Shown here one piece after another: positions 1 to 6,486 of a DNA stretch of 11,603 bases. This DNA comes from Planctomycetota bacterium (GTDB taxonomy: Bacteria; Planctomycetota; Phycisphaerae; SM23-33). Each line of letters starts with the position of its first letter. Position 1 is the stretch's first letter. The stretch lies in the NCBI GenBank assembly GCA_029553505.1, contig JAKPKY010000249.1:1-11603 (forward strand), read 5' to 3'. Under the pieces are notes generated by a model. It made no database searches. It was not told the origin of the DNA and saw only the letters and a program-made list of their open reading frames with translations. The position numbers and the translations under genes were made by a program.

Positions 1-21
1 GACAAGGCTGCGAATGTTCAT
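1..21 (-). CDS. 5' end (7 codons, MNIRSLV...) of an unidentified gene that runs off the left edge of the window, downstream of uppS
   Basis: ATG at 21-19 on the minus strand; AGGTGGAGG Shine-Dalgarno immediately upstream (reverse complement of 26-34); frame open to the window edge; only 7 codons visible so no product call. Confidence 0.3.
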
Positions 22-146
22 GGCGCCTCCACCTTCCGTGCTCGACCGGCGCGGCCGCAGTATGCACTTCCGCAGTCTATGATACCACCTTGCCCCGCCA
101 GCTACTACTACTTCTTTGTGAAGGGGCCGTTGCCCTCCCGGCCCGC

Positions 147-920
147 TCACAGGCCGCTATCGAGCACCATGCCGAAGCGGCGCTCGCGCTGGCTGAAGGC
201 CCGGATGGCGTCCAGCAAGTGCTCCGCCGCAAAGTCGGGCCACAGCACATCCATGACGACAATCTCGGCGTAAGCGATCTGCCAGAGCAGGAAGTTGCTG
301 ACGCGCAGCTCGCCGGCGGTGCGGATGACCAGGTCGGGGTCGGGCACTCCGGCGGAGTCCAGATGCGTGGAGATGGCGGCTTCGTCGATCTTCGCGGGGT
401 CGAGCGTTCCGTCGCGGGCCTCGGCGGCGACGGCGCGGACGGCGTCGACGATCTCCGCGCGCGACCCGTAATTCAACGCCAGGCACAGGAACATCCCGGT
501 GTTGGACGACGAGACGCGGACGGTCTCGTCCAGCTCGCGCAGGACATTTTCGGGCAGTCCGTCGCGCCGCCCCAGGTGCCGCACGCGGATGTTGTGGTCC
601 ATCACCGTGGGGCGCTCGTGGATGAGGTAGTCGGCGTAGAGGTGCATCAGGGCGTTGACCTCTTCGCGCGGGCGGCGCCAGTTCTCGATGGAGAAGCTGT
701 AGAGCGTCAGGGCGTCCATCCCCAGCCTGGCCGCCTCGGTGACGATGCGGCGGACGACCTTGGCGCCTTCCTGGTGCCCCACCGGGCGCGGAAGCCCACG
801 GGCGCGGGCCCAGCGCCCGTTCCCGTCCATGATGATGGCCACCGAGCGCGGAATCCGCCCCTCGCCGACGCCCAGTTCGGCCCGCGCCTTCGCGACGGCT
901 TGCGGGGATATGTCCGCCAT
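147..920 (-). CDS. uppS: Undecaprenyl-diphosphate synthase (cis-isoprenyl transferase), 257 aa from MADISPQ (alternative upstream start at 953)
   Basis: Translation carries hallmark UppS motifs (IIMDGNGRWA, ALTLYSFSIENWRRP, NYGSR, RTAGELRVSNFLLWQIAYAEIVVMDVLWPDF, RERRFG); start ATG 920-918 overlaps the purA stop as TAATG. Confidence 0.93.
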   Translation of the reverse strand: MADISPQAVAKARAELGVGEGRIPRSVAIIMDGNGRWARARGLPRPVGHQEGAKVVRRIVTEAARLGMDALTLYSFSIENWRRPREEVNALMHLYADYLIHERPTVMDHNIRVRHLGRRDGLPENVLRELDETVRVSSSNTGMFLCLALNYGSRAEIVDAVRAVAAEARDGTLDPAKIDEAAISTHLDSAGVPDPDLVIRTAGELRVSNFLLWQIAYAEIVVMDVLWPDFAAEHLLDAIRAFSQRERRFGMVLDSGL

Positions 921-2224
921 TACCGAAGCTCCTCGACGCCCGTGCGACGCCAAATGAGCATCTCCCGCTCCGGGCCCACACCGATCGACCCGACCGGGCG
1001 GCCCAGGTACTGCTCAATCCGCTCCACGTACGCCTGTGCCGCGCGGGGCAGGTCGTCGAACCGCCGGCACGCGGAGATGTCTTCCTTCCAGCCGGGCAAC
1101 GTCTCGTAGACGCACTCGGCCTGCGCCATCTCGTTGGGATCGAACGCGTCGATCGCCTTGGAGCCCACGCGGTAGCCCGTGCAGATTTTCAACTCGTCCA
1201 GGCCGGTCAGCACGTCCAGCAGCCCCAGGGCGATCTCGTGGACGCCCGACAGGTCCGCGGTGTATTTGACGAGGAACAGGTCCAGCCAGCCGCAACGCCG
1301 GGGGCGGCCCGTCGTCGTGCCGTATTCGTGCCCGCGCTGGCGGATGTAGTTCCCGGTTTCGTTGTCCTGCTCGGCGGGGAACGGTCCGGCGCCGACGCGG
1401 GTGGTGTAGGCCTTGACCAGCCCGATGACGTGCCCGACGGACGACGGAGGCACGCCCGTCCCGCTCGGGACGCCGCACGCGCTGACCGACGAGCTGGTGA
1501 CGAACGGGTAGGTTCCGTGGTCGATGTCCAGCATGGTTCCCTGCCCGCCCTCGAAGAGGATCCTCTCGCCGGCGGCGGTGGCGCGGCGGAGGAGTTCGCC
1601 CGTGTTGTCGATCATGGGCGCCAGGACGCGGCCGTGCTCGACATACTCCTCGGCGATCTGCTTTCCGTCGAGCGGTTCGGCCCCGTACAGGGCGCCGAAG
1701 ACGCGGCTCTTGATGTCGGCGATCATGCGGACCTTGTCGCGCAGGCGGTCGGGGTCGCGCAGCTCCCCGACGCGGATGGCGGTGGAGCGGTTGGCCTTGT
1801 CGCTGTAGCAAGGCCCGATTCCGCGGGCGGTGGTCCCGATCTTCGCGCCGCCGAGGCTCTGCTCGCTGAGCTGGTCCTGGAGCTTGTGCCAGGGCATGAC
1901 CACCTGGGCGCAGGCGGAGATGCGAAGGTTCCGCTCGTCGGCCTCGACGCCGCGGGCCCGCAAGCCCTCGATTTCCTTCCGGGCCACCGGCGGGTCGAAC
2001 GCCACGCCGTTTCCGATGACGTTCACCACGTCCGGGCGGAAGATTCCGCAGGGAATCAGGTGGAGGGCGAATTTCTCGGTCCCGACGACCACGGTATGCC
2101 CGGCGTTGGCCCCGCCGCAATACCTGGCGACGTACCGCGAGACGCCCGCGACGGCGTCCACGATCTTGCCCTTGCCCTCGTCACCCCATTGAAGGCCCAC
2201 GACGCAGACGTTCTTGCATGCCAT
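920..2224 (-). CDS. purA: Adenylosuccinate synthetase, 434 aa
   Basis: N-terminal P-loop GLQWGDEGKGK, GHTV, TTARGIGPCY, and the GTTGRPRRCGWLD motif typical of PurA; stop TAA at 922-920 overlaps the uppS start by 1 nt, suggesting translational coupling. Confidence 0.95.
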   Translation of the reverse strand: MACKNVCVVGLQWGDEGKGKIVDAVAGVSRYVARYCGGANAGHTVVVGTEKFALHLIPCGIFRPDVVNVIGNGVAFDPPVARKEIEGLRARGVEADERNLRISACAQVVMPWHKLQDQLSEQSLGGAKIGTTARGIGPCYSDKANRSTAIRVGELRDPDRLRDKVRMIADIKSRVFGALYGAEPLDGKQIAEEYVEHGRVLAPMIDNTGELLRRATAAGERILFEGGQGTMLDIDHGTYPFVTSSSVSACGVPSGTGVPPSSVGHVIGLVKAYTTRVGAGPFPAEQDNETGNYIRQRGHEYGTTTGRPRRCGWLDLFLVKYTADLSGVHEIALGLLDVLTGLDELKICTGYRVGSKAIDAFDPNEMAQAECVYETLPGWKEDISACRRFDDLPRAAQAYVERIEQYLGRPVGSIGVGPEREMLIWRRTGVEELR

Positions 2225-2363
2225 GATCTCTGTGGTTCTCCGTATCGGAGGCGCGCGTTCCGATCCCCTCGGAACCCCATGAGCATAAACGACGCCGCGG
2301 GGGAGTCAAGGATTCTCCGCCCGCCGGCGGGGACAACCGGAGAAAAGCCGCGGAAAGTTGTGC

Positions 2364-2387
2364 TTGACGGGGACGACTTGTTACAAT
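2364..2387 (+). promoter_or_regulatory. Candidate sigma70-type promoter with extended -10 (TGtTACAAT at 2379-2387) for the 2428 gene; TTGACG at 2364-2369 is only 12 nt upstream, so the extended -10 is probably the functional determinant
   Basis: tgcTTGACGgggacgactTGtTACAATatc read directly; ~40 nt upstream of a GTG start with a strong AGGGAG SD. Confidence 0.35.
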
Positions 2388-2427
2388 ATCTGTAGGCAGG
2401 CAATTCAGGAGTAGAGGGAGATCATTC

Positions 2428-2700
2428 GTGGTCAGTGAACGAAGAAGCGCCGCCCTGCTGGGCATCGGGCTGGACCGGGACAACGAACAATTCCGCGTGA
2501 CACGCGGACCGAATTTCTACCTCGTCGGCGGGTCGCGGGAGACCCACGAATCCATGCAGGAAAAGTGCCTCAAGTTCAACGAGAAGCTCGATTCCCGCGG
2601 AAAGCAGCTGGAGGACCTGGAGCACCGCGAGTTCCTGGATCTCGCGGCCGAATGCAGGATGAACGTCGTCGCGCCGGCCCCCGGTCGGGACGTGAAATAA
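2428..2700 (+). CDS. Hypothetical small protein, 90 aa, no recognisable family
   Basis: GTG start 7 nt after AGGGAG SD (2415-2420); own promoter; moderately charged, no signal peptide or TM; ends TAA then an AT-richer spacer. Confidence 0.55.
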   Translation: MVSERRSAALLGIGLDRDNEQFRVTRGPNFYLVGGSRETHESMQEKCLKFNEKLDSRGKQLEDLEHREFLDLAAECRMNVVAPAPGRDVK

Positions 2701-2832
2701 TTCTGAAAAATTCCCCTTGCCAATTTGCGGCAGCGGGGTTCCAATAATAAGTCATGTCGTACCATGGCCGGAAAGGGAGTTTCGGCCGAGAGGATCAGGA
2801 GGAAGAGCAAATCGTTGCACGGGAGGACGCGT

Positions 2833-3030
2833 ATGCGAGCGTTTCGCCCAAGTGCCTTCGCGCCACAGGAAGAGGTGTTGCTGGACGCAGAGGCGGAGTT
2901 GGAGAGGCAATCCAACATTCGCCTGTACGAACAGCGCGCCCAGGCCGGGATGCCTCTGTTTGAGCGCCACCCCGACCGCCAGGTCCTGTCGCTAGGTACG
3001 CCGGAGTTCGTGCTGGACATGCCTTTCTGA
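2833..3030 (+). CDS. Hypothetical small protein, 65 aa (alternative longer starts at 2764 MAGKG or 2725 in the same frame)
   Basis: ATG 2833 preceded by GGGAGG (2821-2826) at 6 nt spacing; possible promoter TTGCCA(2719-2724)-17-TCCAAT upstream; followed by a 7-bp-stem hairpin 3046-3072 without a strong T-run. Confidence 0.35.
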   Translation: MRAFRPSAFAPQEEVLLDAEAELERQSNIRLYEQRAQAGMPLFERHPDRQVLSLGTPEFVLDMPF

Positions 3031-3175
3031 GGCGTGGCGAGCCTCGTCGAGGAGAGCGACGAGCCCTTTGCCGGCCGCCCCACAAGCCCGCCTGGGCGGG
3101 TGTCGGAACGTCCCTGTGCGCAGACCGACCCGCACCGCGCCACGCGGCGATTGCGTCTCGCGCGGGCGCGGACCG

Positions 3176-3204
3176 TTGCCCTCGCGCGAAGATGGGGGCA
3201 TAAT
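3176..3204 (+). promoter_or_regulatory. Candidate promoter for ispE: TTGCCC (3176-3181) - 17 nt - CATAAT (3199-3204)
   Basis: Hexamers with canonical 17-nt spacing ~40 nt upstream of the ispE GTG start. Confidence 0.4.
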
Positions 3205-3242
3205 CCCTGTCCGCGGGCGCGGCATGCCCGCGAGGGACTTCC

Positions 3243-4154
3243 GTGACCGACCAAACCGACATCCTGCGCGTCTCGCCTCCGCTGCCGCGAATGCGGCGTC
3301 TCTCGCCGTCGCGCGTCGTGCTGCACGCGCCGGCGAAGATCAACCTGAACCTGCTGGTGGGGCCCCGCCGCGACGACGGTTATCACGGCCTGGACTCGAT
3401 CGTGGCGCGGGTGTCGCTGTACGACCGCATCGAGCTGCGCGCCCGCGACGACGGGCAGGTGGTCCTGGCTTGCGCGGGGTTCGACTGCGGGCCGGCGGAG
3501 CGGAACCTGGCGCACCTGGCGGCCGAGGCGATGCGCCGCGCCGCCGGCGCGCCGCGCGGCGCGGACATTCGCCTGGACAAACGGATCGGTCCCGGGCGCG
3601 GGCTGGGCGGCGGCTCGTCCGATGCGGCCGCCGTGCTCGAAGGACTCAACGACCTGTGGCGCTTGCGCCTGCCGCCGGAGCGGCTGGGCGAGATGGCCGC
3701 CTCGCTCGGCAGCGACGTGCCGCTGTTCCTGGGCCCGGCGACCGCGCGGATGACCGGGCGCGGGGAGATTCTCGCGCCGGTCGAGGTTCACCCCTTTTCC
3801 GCGATCCTGGTGCTGGCGCCGCGCCTGGCCTGCGCGACGCGCGAGGTGTATCGCGCGTTCGACGAGCGCCCCGCCCCGCCGGAGCGGCAGCTGCCGCCCG
3901 AAACGTTCCGCGGGCCGCCGTCGGCGTGGCGCGGGCGGCTGGTGAACCACCTGGCCAACGCCGCCTGCCGCGTCTGCCCGCCGCTGGGCGAGGTTATCGA
4001 GACCCTGCGCCGCGCGACCGGGCTGCCCGTCCACGTCACCGGCAGCGGAAGCGGGCTGTTCGTGCTCTGCGACGATTCCGGCGAGGCGCAGGCCGTCGCC
4101 GCGCACATGCCGTCGTCCCTGCGCGAGTGCAGCCTGATTGTGGAACCCGCCTGA
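3243..4154 (+). CDS. ispE: 4-diphosphocytidyl-2-C-methyl-D-erythritol kinase (MEP pathway, GHMP kinase family)
   Basis: APAKINLNLLV, RRDDGYHGL, DKRIGPGRGLGGGSSDAAAVLEGLNDLW, LGSDVPLF motifs match IspE; GTG start at 3243 with GAGGGA SD 5 nt upstream (alternative internal start MRRLSPS at 3291 lacks an SD). Confidence 0.9.
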   Translation: MTDQTDILRVSPPLPRMRRLSPSRVVLHAPAKINLNLLVGPRRDDGYHGLDSIVARVSLYDRIELRARDDGQVVLACAGFDCGPAERNLAHLAAEAMRRAAGAPRGADIRLDKRIGPGRGLGGGSSDAAAVLEGLNDLWRLRLPPERLGEMAASLGSDVPLFLGPATARMTGRGEILAPVEVHPFSAILVLAPRLACATREVYRAFDERPAPPERQLPPETFRGPPSAWRGRLVNHLANAACRVCPPLGEVIETLRRATGLPVHVTGSGSGLFVLCDDSGEAQAVAAHMPSSLRECSLIVEPA

Positions 4155-4166
4155 CGGAAGCGACCG

Positions 4167-4691
4167 TCAGTCCTTGTCGCCTTTTTTCTTGCCCTTGTCG
4201 TCATCGTCATCGTCGTCGCGGTCCTTCATGTGCTGCTGGATCGCGGCGTCGTTCTCGACGATCATCGCCTGGAGGTGCTTGACCGCCTTCTCCGTTTCGC
4301 CCTGTTTCTTGTAGAGGTCCTTGAGCGTCAGGTGCAGGGCATTGCGCAGGCCGAGGGTCTTGGTCTTCTCCAGCGTCTCCTCCAGGTCCCTGGCGATGAC
4401 GTCGTCCTTGCGGGGCAGGTCGTCCTTCAGGGCGCCCAGGGCGATCATCCCCGCCGTCGTGGGGTCGAAGCAGACGTGCTTAAGATGCTCGACCATCCCG
4501 AGCATCATGCGGATTTGCCCCATCGGCTCATGCGGCCGGGGGGGCGTGGGCTGGCCAGGCCGCGGCCCTTCCCGCGGTCCTTCCCGTTCGGGCGCCGCAT
4601 CCGGGCGAGGCTGGGCGATGGCCCACGTCGCCAGCAAAGTCGCGGCAACAACCGCCGTCACAATCACCGGCATGGCAATCCTGGTCTTCAT
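4167..4691 (-). CDS. Secreted/periplasmic hypothetical protein, 174 aa: signal peptide, Pro-rich linker, helical domain, C-terminal poly-Asp/Lys tail (DRDDDDDDDKGKKKGDKD)
   Basis: Start MKTRIAMPVIVTAVVAATLLATWAIA (ATG 4691-4689) preceded by AAAGGAA SD; typical signal peptide with AxA-like cleavage region; longer ORF to 4748 lacks an SD; convergent with ispE. Confidence 0.6.
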   Translation of the reverse strand: MKTRIAMPVIVTAVVAATLLATWAIAQPRPDAAPEREGPREGPRPGQPTPPRPHEPMGQIRMMLGMVEHLKHVCFDPTTAGMIALGALKDDLPRKDDVIARDLEETLEKTKTLGLRNALHLTLKDLYKKQGETEKAVKHLQAMIVENDAAIQQHMKDRDDDDDDDKGKKKGDKD

Positions 4692-4762
4692 GGTCGGTTC
4701 CTTTCTTCCCTTGGGGGTGAGTGATGATTCCTGGTCCACGGATGACAATTTTACCGCGGCCC

Positions 4763-4791
4763 TTGACCGTCCGACACGATCATGCTACAAG
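4763..4791 (+). promoter_or_regulatory. Candidate promoter for tRNA-Ala: TTGACC (4763-4768) - 17 nt - TACAAG (4786-4791)
   Basis: Good -35 and spacing; weak -10 (last base G); tRNA 5' end 15 nt downstream. Confidence 0.3.
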
Positions 4792-4805
4792 GAAACCTGC
4801 TGCAT

Positions 4806-4878
4806 GGGGCTGTGGCGCAGTTGGGAGCGCGTCTGCATGGCATGCAGAAGGTCGAGGGTTCAAATCCCTCCAGCTCCA
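4806..4878 (+). tRNA. tRNA-Ala (anticodon GGC), 73 nt, CCA not encoded
   Basis: Cloverleaf folded by hand: acceptor GGGGCTG/CAGCTCC with the G3:U70 wobble pair that defines Ala identity; D-stem GCGC/GCGC; anticodon stem TCTGC/GCAGA with loop ATGGCAT (GGC at 34-36), identical in stem-loop architecture to E. coli tRNA-Ala(GGC); T-stem GAGGG/CCCTC with loop TTCAAAT; discriminator A. Confidence 0.92.
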
Positions 4879-4882
4879 TTGA

Positions 4883-4911
4883 GGCGGACCTTTTCGGGTT
4901 CGCCTTTTTTA
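4883..4911 (+). terminator. Rho-independent terminator for tRNA-Ala: GGCGGACC-ttttcg-GGTTCGCC then TTTTTTATTT
   Basis: 8-bp GC-rich stem (one G:T wobble) followed by a T-run; the T-run overlaps the TAA stop (4911-4909) of the convergent minus-strand gene. Confidence 0.7.
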
Positions 4912-6192
4912 TTTCCCCGCCTTGGTTTCCGGAGGGGCTTCGCTCGCAACCATTGATTCCCTAAGGCATTGGAACGCCTCGCTCATCCGGACGGCGTCCG
5001 GCTCGCCCGAAGCGTCGAAGACCATCGCCATGGGCGCGGCGTTGAGGCCGGGACGGACTTTCGCCCCCGCGACGACCAGCCAGCGGTGCCACTTGCCGGC
5101 CGAGGGCGTCAGCACGCTGAAAATTTCCGTCGCCGTCTCGCCCGCCTGCCAGGACTTGTGGACCAGGACGAGGTATCCCTTGTCGCGGAAGTGTTGCAGG
5201 TAGGTGTCCAGGACGGCCTGCGGCGTCTTGGCCGACCGCCCCGCCAGCGCGCGGGCGAACAGCAGCCCGCCCGGCGCGGGCGTGAGGTACAACTGGGCGT
5301 AGGGTTCGATCTCGGCAACATACTTTCGTTCGCCGCGTTCGAAGCGGACCCAGCCCGTCGGGGGCCTGACCTCGATTCGCAAAGGCCCGTCGCGTTTGGA
5401 GACGGCCTGTCCGGGCGCGGCGGCGGGCGTCTCGGCCAGCGCCTTGACCAGCGCTGCCGCGAAGGGCTCGTAGAGCTTCCGCTCTCCCTCGGCCTGGTGG
5501 TCGGGCCCGCGCGGCGGGGCCTTGCCTGCCGCGACGGCCTCCAGCCAGGCGTCCAGCGCGTCGTCGGGCTCGACAAACTCCAGGCCCTCGCCCAGGCGCG
5601 TGTCGAGGGTGAAATTCGCGTCAGCGCCGTCCGCCGTCTGTCGCCACATCGTCAGCGTGCCGGCCGCGTCTTGCGGGCGCGTGCCCACGCTCACCCAGAC
5701 GGGCACGGACGCGGGCGGCTTCCACAGGCCGATCGACTCGCCGGATTTTTCCACCGGCGTCACGGAGTTCAGCACGATCCCCGACAGGCGTTGCGGGTTC
5801 AGAGAGGCCAGCGCCAGCGCCGTCGGACCGTTGGCGGCGTCGGCGACGAGCAGGAACTTCCGCGCGTCGAGGGGCTTTCCCTCGGCTGCCCGGTCCACGG
5901 CCGCCAGCAACGCCCCGACGCGCGAGGCGTCGAGTTTTTCCCCGGCCGCCGGGCGAAACACGAAGAAGCCCTTGGCGAGCAGCCGCGGAGTGAAGTGCTC
6001 CGCCGCGCCGCGCGGCCCCTCGGCCGCCAGCAGCAGCGCGGCAGGACGCTTGCCTTCGGCCGCCTTGGGAGTCAGGACCGCCAGGTTGACGGGCTCCGCC
6101 GACTGCGACGCCGGCTGCGACGCCGCATCGGCCCCCATGGCGACGGCCACCAAACCCGCCCACGCCACTGCCGCAACGATGTGCCTGTTCAT
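4909..6192 (-). CDS. Secreted hypothetical protein, 427 aa (signal peptide MNRHIVAAVAWAGLVAVAMGADA); ORF is open upstream to a TTG at 6270 but that extension overlaps the MITE-like repeat
   Basis: Long ORF with non-artefactual composition (many K/E/F/W/Y); N-terminal hydrophobic signal sequence from ATG 6192; no motifs I can assign to a family. Confidence 0.55.
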   Translation of the reverse strand: MNRHIVAAVAWAGLVAVAMGADAASQPASQSAEPVNLAVLTPKAAEGKRPAALLLAAEGPRGAAEHFTPRLLAKGFFVFRPAAGEKLDASRVGALLAAVDRAAEGKPLDARKFLLVADAANGPTALALASLNPQRLSGIVLNSVTPVEKSGESIGLWKPPASVPVWVSVGTRPQDAAGTLTMWRQTADGADANFTLDTRLGEGLEFVEPDDALDAWLEAVAAGKAPPRGPDHQAEGERKLYEPFAAALVKALAETPAAAPGQAVSKRDGPLRIEVRPPTGWVRFERGERKYVAEIEPYAQLYLTPAPGGLLFARALAGRSAKTPQAVLDTYLQHFRDKGYLVLVHKSWQAGETATEIFSVLTPSAGKWHRWLVVAGAKVRPGLNAAPMAMVFDASGEPDAVRMSEAFQCLRESMVASEAPPETKAGK

Positions 6193-6245
6193 GCCGTCAC
6201 TGAATACCCCAAATCCGCCCCGACGGCAAGAAGCGAAAATAGTAG

Positions 6246-6385
6246 CCAGGCTCTGTCTGAAAACTCGCAATCCGGGGGTGCCACGGCTTGCTTGTCAAGC
6301 CGTGTCGCCGCAAGAACACTGCTTGCAAGCAAGCAGTGCCACCCTTGTGGATACATCTGGCGAGGAGTTTTCAGACAGAGCCTGG
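6246..6385. mobile_element. MITE-like element, 140 bp: perfect 21-bp terminal inverted repeats (CCAGGCTCTGTCTGAAAACTC 6246-6266 / GAGTTTTCAGACAGAGCCTGG 6365-6385) flanked by TAG on both sides (6243-6245, 6386-6388); carries two GC-rich palindromic hairpin modules
   Basis: Inverted repeat and flanking TAG direct repeat read directly from sequence; no ORF inside; sits in the divergent promoter region between the 4909..6192 gene and mutY. Confidence 0.4.
6274..6344. repeat. Two adjacent palindromic hairpin modules (R1 family) inside the MITE-like element: GGGGGTGCCAC-GGCTTG-cttgt-CAAGCC-GTG (6274-6304) and, in opposite orientation, CACTGCTTGC-aa-GCAAGCAGTGCCACCC (6317-6344)
   Basis: The reverse complement of the second module (GGGTGGCACtGCTTGCTTGCAAGCaGTGTTC) is near-identical to 10304-10336 (GGGTGGCACgGCTTGCTTGCAAGCcGTGTTC). 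Confidence 0.6.
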
Positions 6386-6417
6386 TAGCCTGTGCATCGG
6401 TCGGAGCGCACGAACCG

Positions 6418-6446
6418 CTTGGCCGGGCGGTCGGCGGACCGTACAA
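6418..6446 (+). promoter_or_regulatory. Candidate mutY promoter: TTGGCC (6418-6423) - 17 nt - TACAAT (6441-6446), followed by a GC palindrome CCCCGCGCGGGG in the leader
   Basis: Canonical spacing; 40 nt upstream of the mutY GTG. Confidence 0.4.
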
Positions 6447-6486
6447 TGCCCCGGCCGCCCCGCGCGGGGCCGGCGGAATCCGTATC

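Noticed and set aside
90-2395. Plus-strand ORFs 90..1109 and 1238..2395 and minus-strand ORFs 157..1017 and 1014..2120
   Set aside because: Antisense or out-of-frame shadows of uppS and purA in a high-GC region; low-complexity R/G/P/A translations.
2725-2832. Longer 101-aa version of the second small ORF starting at 2725
   Set aside because: No ribosome-binding site at 2725 or 2764, whereas ATG 2833 has GGGAGG at 6 nt. Kept as an alternative because the frame is open.
2517-4282. 529-aa minus-strand and 404-aa plus-strand ORFs overlapping ispE
   Set aside because: Extreme Arg/Ala/Pro/Gly composition and no motifs, whereas the 3243..4154 frame carries unmistakable IspE motifs.
4692-4762. Searched for a clear promoter for the minus-strand secreted-protein gene
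   Set aside because: Only weak hexamer matches (e.g. TAAAAT without a convincing -35); not reported as a feature.
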